A stretch of 64,000 nt of DNA. Source: Lingula anatina (taxonomy: Eukaryota > Animalia > Brachiopoda). Location of the stretch: assembly GCA_051362555.1 (NCBI GenBank), contig CM120640.1, positions 63,342,788 through 63,406,787 of the forward strand, read 5' to 3'. How positions within the stretch are numbered: position 1 is the stretch's first letter; every line of letters begins with the position of its first letter. The notes below the pieces were generated by a model. That model had not been told where the DNA came from and searched no databases. It saw only the letters and a program-made list of their open reading frames with translations. This document shows, piece after piece, positions 60,801-64,000 of this stretch. Made by a program: the position numbers and the translations under genes.

Positions 60801-63800
60801 ATCTATTTGGGTGTAAGCTGGTGCTTCAGTGACCTTTTCTTCTTTTTCGTGTGTTTCAATTACATCCAATTGTTCTTCTACTAGTGTTTCAGAGACAACT
60901 TCATCTTTATGTTCTAATTCAGTTTTTTGAGTCAGTTGATTCTCTACCATCATCTTATCTATAACCTTCTCTTCTAGTACTGCCTCATCTGCAGCTACTT
61001 TATCCATAAGTGCCTCTTTTGGTACTGCCTCCTCTGCTGCTACTTCATCTATAACTTCCTCTTTTGGTACTGCCTGATCTGCAGCTACTTCATCTATAAC
61101 TTCCTCTTTTGGTACTGCCTCATCTGCAGCTACTTTATCTATAACTTCCTCTTTTGGTGCTGCCTGATCTGCAACTAATTCATCTATAACCTCCTCTTTT
61201 GGTACTGCTTCATCTGCAACTACTTTATCCATAACGTCCTCTTTTGGTACTGCCTCATCTGCAGCTACTTCATCTATAACTTCCTCTTTTGGTACTGCCT
61301 GATCTGCAGCTAATTCATCTATAACCTCCTCTTTTGGTACTGCCTCATCTGCAACTACTTTATCCATAACTTCCTCTTTTGGTACTGCCTCGTCTGCAGC
61401 TACTTCATCTATAACTTCCTGTCTTGGTACTGCCTCATCTTCAGCTACTTCATCTATAACTTCCTTGCTTGGTACTGCCTCATCTGCAAGTACTTTATCC
61501 ATAACTTCCTCTTCTGGTACTGTCTCAACTGCCTCATCTGCAGCTACTTTATCTATAACTTCCTCTATTGCTACTGCCTCATCTGCATCTACTTTATCCA
61601 TAACTTCCTCTTTTGGTACTGTCTCATCTGCAGCTACTTCTTCCTTTTGTTCCATCAAATCTTCTGGGGAGCTTTCTAAAACTGGTTCTGCTTCAGGGAG
61701 ATCCTCATTTTTTAACAGTTTTACTGCCTGTTCTTCTGAAATCTTTTCTTCATTCACTTTCACTTTTTCAAAATCAGTTTTTTGTTGCTCCAATATTGGC
61801 ACTTCATCTTCAACGGAACCTGCCCTTTCAGCACTATCCAGCGCTTCTTCAATTTCTTCAACCTTTTCCTCTGATCGCCCAAATGCTTCTGCTTCTTTTT
61901 CAGTTTCTTGGGTGTCAATATCTTTTTCATCAGCTATTTGTCTGTCAATTGGTTTTGGCTCTTTCTCTACTAATGGTACCTCTGCTGCAGCCATCTCAAA
62001 TCCTGTGGCATCAAATTTATCTGGATCTGGCAATGGTTCTGGAGATCCAAGCTCTGCTGGTGCTTCTTGGACCTGGCCTTCAGGCCAAGCTTCCAAGGGT
62101 TCTGTCTTTGCTTGTGTTTCTGATGACTTTGTGATGTCTTCAAATGGCACCTCTTCTACTTCATCATGAACTTCTTGTTTATCCTCTGATGAGGATATAT
62201 CAATTGGGGCCGGTGCACTGATACCAGAGGTATCAATCAGTAAACCCTCTTCAGCACTGGTTCCCTGCAATGCTGCCACATGTTCTTCAGAATCATGGGC
62301 TACTCCATGTTCGCCAGCAAGAGGAACAGGACTTTCTTCACGAGGTGTTGTTCCTCCAGACTGTACAATGTCTTCATCTACTGCTGGACTGCCTTCCTTC
62401 ATGACATCTAATTCTGGTGTTGGCTCTATAAATGGTGGGGGTGTTGGTTCTTTAGATGGTGGGGGAGTAGGTTCTTTAGATGGTGGAGGAGTGGGTTCTT
62501 TAGATGGTGGAGGAGTGGGTTCTTTTGAAACTGGTGGTGTTGGTTCTTTTGACGCTGTGGCAGAATCTACAGGTGTCTCACTAGGGCTTCTCTTTCTTGG
62601 TGACTTTTCAGCATCTTTCTTTTCTTTCTTGTCCTTAACCTTAGGAGACCTGACATCTCTTGGTTTCCTTTCCATCTTCTTTTCTGTTTTTTCCACAACA
62701 GTTTTCTGAATGGGCTTAGCTGACACAGGTCTTGAACTCAGCTTTCCTGCAGATGAAACTTTCCTGCTGGAAGGTTTACTACTGACATTCAAGCTGTTGG
62801 CTGTGCATTGGGCATGCTTCAGGACATCTAGATGCTTGAGTCTTTCTAGTCCTTCAAATACTTTGTATTGTGGGGCACTACCAGGGAATAAGATTCTATT
62901 GATACTTTCATTGGCATTGGCTGGACGCCATACAAGAAGAGCACAGATTGACAACATGTTGGGCAGAGGAATGTGGTATGATTTGTCATTCACTTTCACT
63001 GCTGATTTGGCTGAACTGAAGTGATTGGTTTGTTTGTTCCACTGATGCAAGAAATCTTTCAACTCTTTACTATCTTGAACTGGGTTCAGGACATACATGT
63101 CAAGTGTGCCATGTCCCACTTTGTGGTACAGATTGATTGGTGTGATATTTGGATCTGATAAATTACGCATACATGGAGAGGGTGGATGGCCCAACTGCTT
63201 CAAACTTTCAACCAGCCTAATGCCTTCTTCAGCTAAGTTGACTAGCAAACTGGCATCTTTATGGGAATCGGCCTCGGGCAGGGTATCACCATTAGGAGAG
63301 TGCTTGCTCTTTTCTACTGCATTAAAGTACACAAAGCCAATTTCTGGGTGGACATTCTGAGCTACCTTTCTCTGGATGACATTGCTGACTCCAAACAGAT
63401 TATCAGCCCCAAGATGGGTAAGGAGCATAGCATCTATACGATCCAAATGGCGCGTGAAGTCCCAGAAGCATGCTTTCCTGCTATATCCACCATTTATAAG
63501 CAAATTGAAGCCACTAACACCAAATAAAGCAGAGTCACCCTGGCATCCAGGAAATATATACAGAGTAGGCTTACTAAAGCGAATGTTGCCAACCACCTCA
63601 GTTGACTGCAACAAATCTTGTGGCAGCTTAACCTTGACAAAATAGGAGACATAGGCAGTGAACTGCAGAATACCAGTTATCTCAGTCAGTTTTCCTTCTG
63701 GATTAACTGCAATTTGAAGCAACTTAGAGAAGTCCTGCTTGGCAATATGTTCATTGCTCCAATCTCCTTCGTCAAAAGTGTGGATACTAAGGGTTCCACC

Positions 63801-64000
63801 ACTCTGCTTCTTCAGCCCATTTTCTACATCTGCCTCACGAAAGCAGTGAGCAAAATTATTGTAGGAAAAAACATCATCTTGAAGTATCCATCCTCCAGAA
63901 CCTTGAAAGGCATGACCAGCATAGATGAGATGCTTGTGAAGAGTGTTGATAAGAAGAAACTTCTTCAAAGCATTTCTGACTGTCTGGACTTGTGGATTGA
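57873..64000 (-). CDS. futsch: Microtubule-associated protein 1 / futsch (5' end lies beyond the window)
   Basis: The frame is open to the window edge (NPQVQTVRNALKK). N-terminal MAP1 region: KPTLYIFPGCQGDSALF, GFNLLINGG, WDFTRHLDRID, LYHKVGHGTLDMYVLNP. Acidic middle. C-terminal light-chain region: FYLDLTYVP, FFRRVRARYYV, LLEAKMTW, VTIIPTYD, CAAYRLEF*. Confidence 0.95.
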   Translation of the reverse strand, partial: NPQVQTVRNALKKFLLINTLHKHLIYAGHAFQGSGGWILQDDVFSYNNFAHCFREADVENGLKKQSGGTLSIHTFDEGDWSNEHIAKQDFSKLLQIAVNPEGKLTEITGILQFTAYVSYFVKVKLPQDLLQSTEVVGNIRFSKPTLYIFPGCQGDSALFGVSGFNLLINGGYSRKACFWDFTRHLDRIDAMLLTHLGADNLFGVSNVIQRKVAQNVHPEIGFVYFNAVEKSKHSPNGDTLPEADSHKDASLLVNLAEEGIRLVESLKQLGHPPSPCMRNLSDPNITPINLYHKVGHGTLDMYVLNPVQDSKELKDFLHQWNKQTNHFSSAKSAVKVNDKSYHIPLPNMLSICALLVWRPANANESINRILFPGSAPQYKVFEGLERLKHLDVLKHAQCTANSLNVSSKPSSRKVSSAGKLSSRPVSAKPIQKTVVEKTEKKMERKPRDVRSPKVKDKKEKKDAEKSPRKRSPSETPVDSATASKEPTPPVSKEPTPPPSKEPTPPPSKEPTPPPSKEPTPPPFIEPTPELDVMKEGSPAVDEDIVQSGGTTPREESPVPLAGEHGVAHDSEEHVAALQGTSAEEGLLIDTSGISAPAPIDISSSEDKQEVHDEVEEVPFEDITKSSETQAKTEPLEAWPEGQVQEAPAELGSPEPLPDPDKFDATGFEMAAAEVPLVEKEPKPIDRQIADEKDIDTQETEKEAEAFGRSEEKVEEIEEALDSAERAGSVEDEVPILEQQKTDFEKVKVNEEKISEEQAVKLLKNEDLPEAEPVLESSPEDLMEQKEEVAADETVPKEEVMDKVDADEAVAIEEVIDKVAADEAVETVPEEEVMDKVLADEAVPSKEVIDEVAEDEAVPRQEVIDEVAADEAVPKEEVMDKVVADEAVPKEEVIDELAADQAVPKEEVIDEVAADEAVPKEDVMDKVVADEAVPKEEVIDELVADQAAPKEEVIDKVAADEAVPKEEVIDEVAADQAVPKEEVIDEVAAEEAVPKEALMDKVAADEAVLEEKVIDKMMVENQLTQKTELEHKDEVVSETLVEEQLDVIETHEKEEKVTEAPAYTQIDEENILQDAVESEKKDEDQDESVEGTETAPTNILATISATSTEKETDEFSGEETADQTSMIQEQGPETKVEENVEKETQREEYMSTERGTVCAEEPEEKEDTDFEKAIAKDAEIAIKAAPVAAALSDGIGSELEERDVQELVKPAVEEHEEKNTEPKEQKEIMADKDVYEETAEDEEKDENDLCKEKDVVPETDKIEVEEERKIQELEKTPAKEHEKKGTEEQEEDLTDKNVYRETEEEDKKDEGDLFQEKEAEPETEMVEEIEEEEREIQALEKPAREEQAKKETESQEKVECAVDKDVYRETTEEEKDVEPKYENVEETETLPVNTQSEGEKDENSEDIKVPLTSKQDECVLMEESKLSRYEEKLEGSMIEEPTDKTPIDLETEENAAQVGGKQIHSAPEPNAHLVDTCEISKKEKKDQFDEEEEKEVVTEDIKSQHTETDETLLPEVEASDDLRAMVESAMDEQDTVPEDDAMKEVEKKEPLEKERVFDEIQIPKNDIEKELAAKSFSAVIDGEMHQQDGIGKDKDDQLEIKGKESEEDEGIADTETPTSPLEGMDPDIEKCQEPADVNGAENLPQLNVESRLLEETAVDENDIQKEIPSEKEVTPYIGSEKLTKAELDSEEEEDEDTTATAPPVEEISTPGEELPVDKAFLSGPLLSDDLRAMVEQSMGEETSKQKSILQSEVASSSKPDLLSDHMDDERSTAHSHASEKTTDEEFDPLEEWGKPMGLPAPPPPPADESGQGDKAKKPRPASTSKTTHTRAKKPAADSPKDTNPNLKKPKTTTKTTPRTGTPTSNATNGKREKSADNKVTEARRRPMSSTPVTATKTEVRKTITKSTTKHSDRVSSKSRSTPPLGPVTPFYLDLTYVPYHGSPHYCDVDFFRRVRARYYVFSGLHPCPNTLNALLEAKMTWEEKDIPVTIIPTYDTDTLRHWMGMHRDQLGQLKIDVAPSASRCTIQLQDHETSCAAYRLEF
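60954..61637 (-). repeat. Coding minisatellite, 15 copies of a 45-bp / 15-aa unit (VAADEAVPKEEVIDE)
   Basis: Counted in the translation; one unit has a 3-aa insertion. Confidence 0.95.
62412..62553 (-). repeat. Coding 24-bp repeat, 5 x SKEPTPPP plus one degenerate copy
   Basis: GGTTCTTT recurs at 62446, 62470, 62494, 62518 and 62542. Confidence 0.95.

Noticed and set aside
57984-63645. Many antisense and alternative-frame ORFs over futsch (e.g. 61465-62169, 58199-58786)
   Set aside because: These are shadows of a long, codon-biased, repetitive coding exon.

Overview
AT-rich, intron-rich animal genomic DNA; the repeat types and gene set suggest a marine invertebrate, probably a lophotrochozoan (inference). 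Nine protein-coding genes can be assembled by hand from GT-AG junctions with consistent reading frames. In order: secreted bulb-type (GNA) lectin (+), nucleoplasmin-like chaperone (-), phospholipid phosphatase PLPP4/5 (+), an intronless 328-aa protein with an unrecognised five-copy 'RL..YD..RWPPESK' repeat (+), RCCD1 (-), PSMD4/Rpn10 (+), UBAP2/lingerer (-), mitochondrial creatine kinase (+) and a 5'-truncated MAP1/futsch (-). Three pairs are head-to-head. Introns carry two Helentron/HINE-like elements with internal tandem arrays, several palindromic MITEs, a decayed LINE and a tRNA-SINE fragment. The main observation is in the creatine kinase gene: the 126-nt exon encoding the active-site GTGGVDTA loop is present as three intact, diverged tandem copies. 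This is the pattern of a mutually exclusive exon cassette, and the intervening intron has elements complementary to the exon core. No CRISPR, rRNA or intact tRNA genes were found. Exon coordinates were read by eye and need RNA-seq confirmation.
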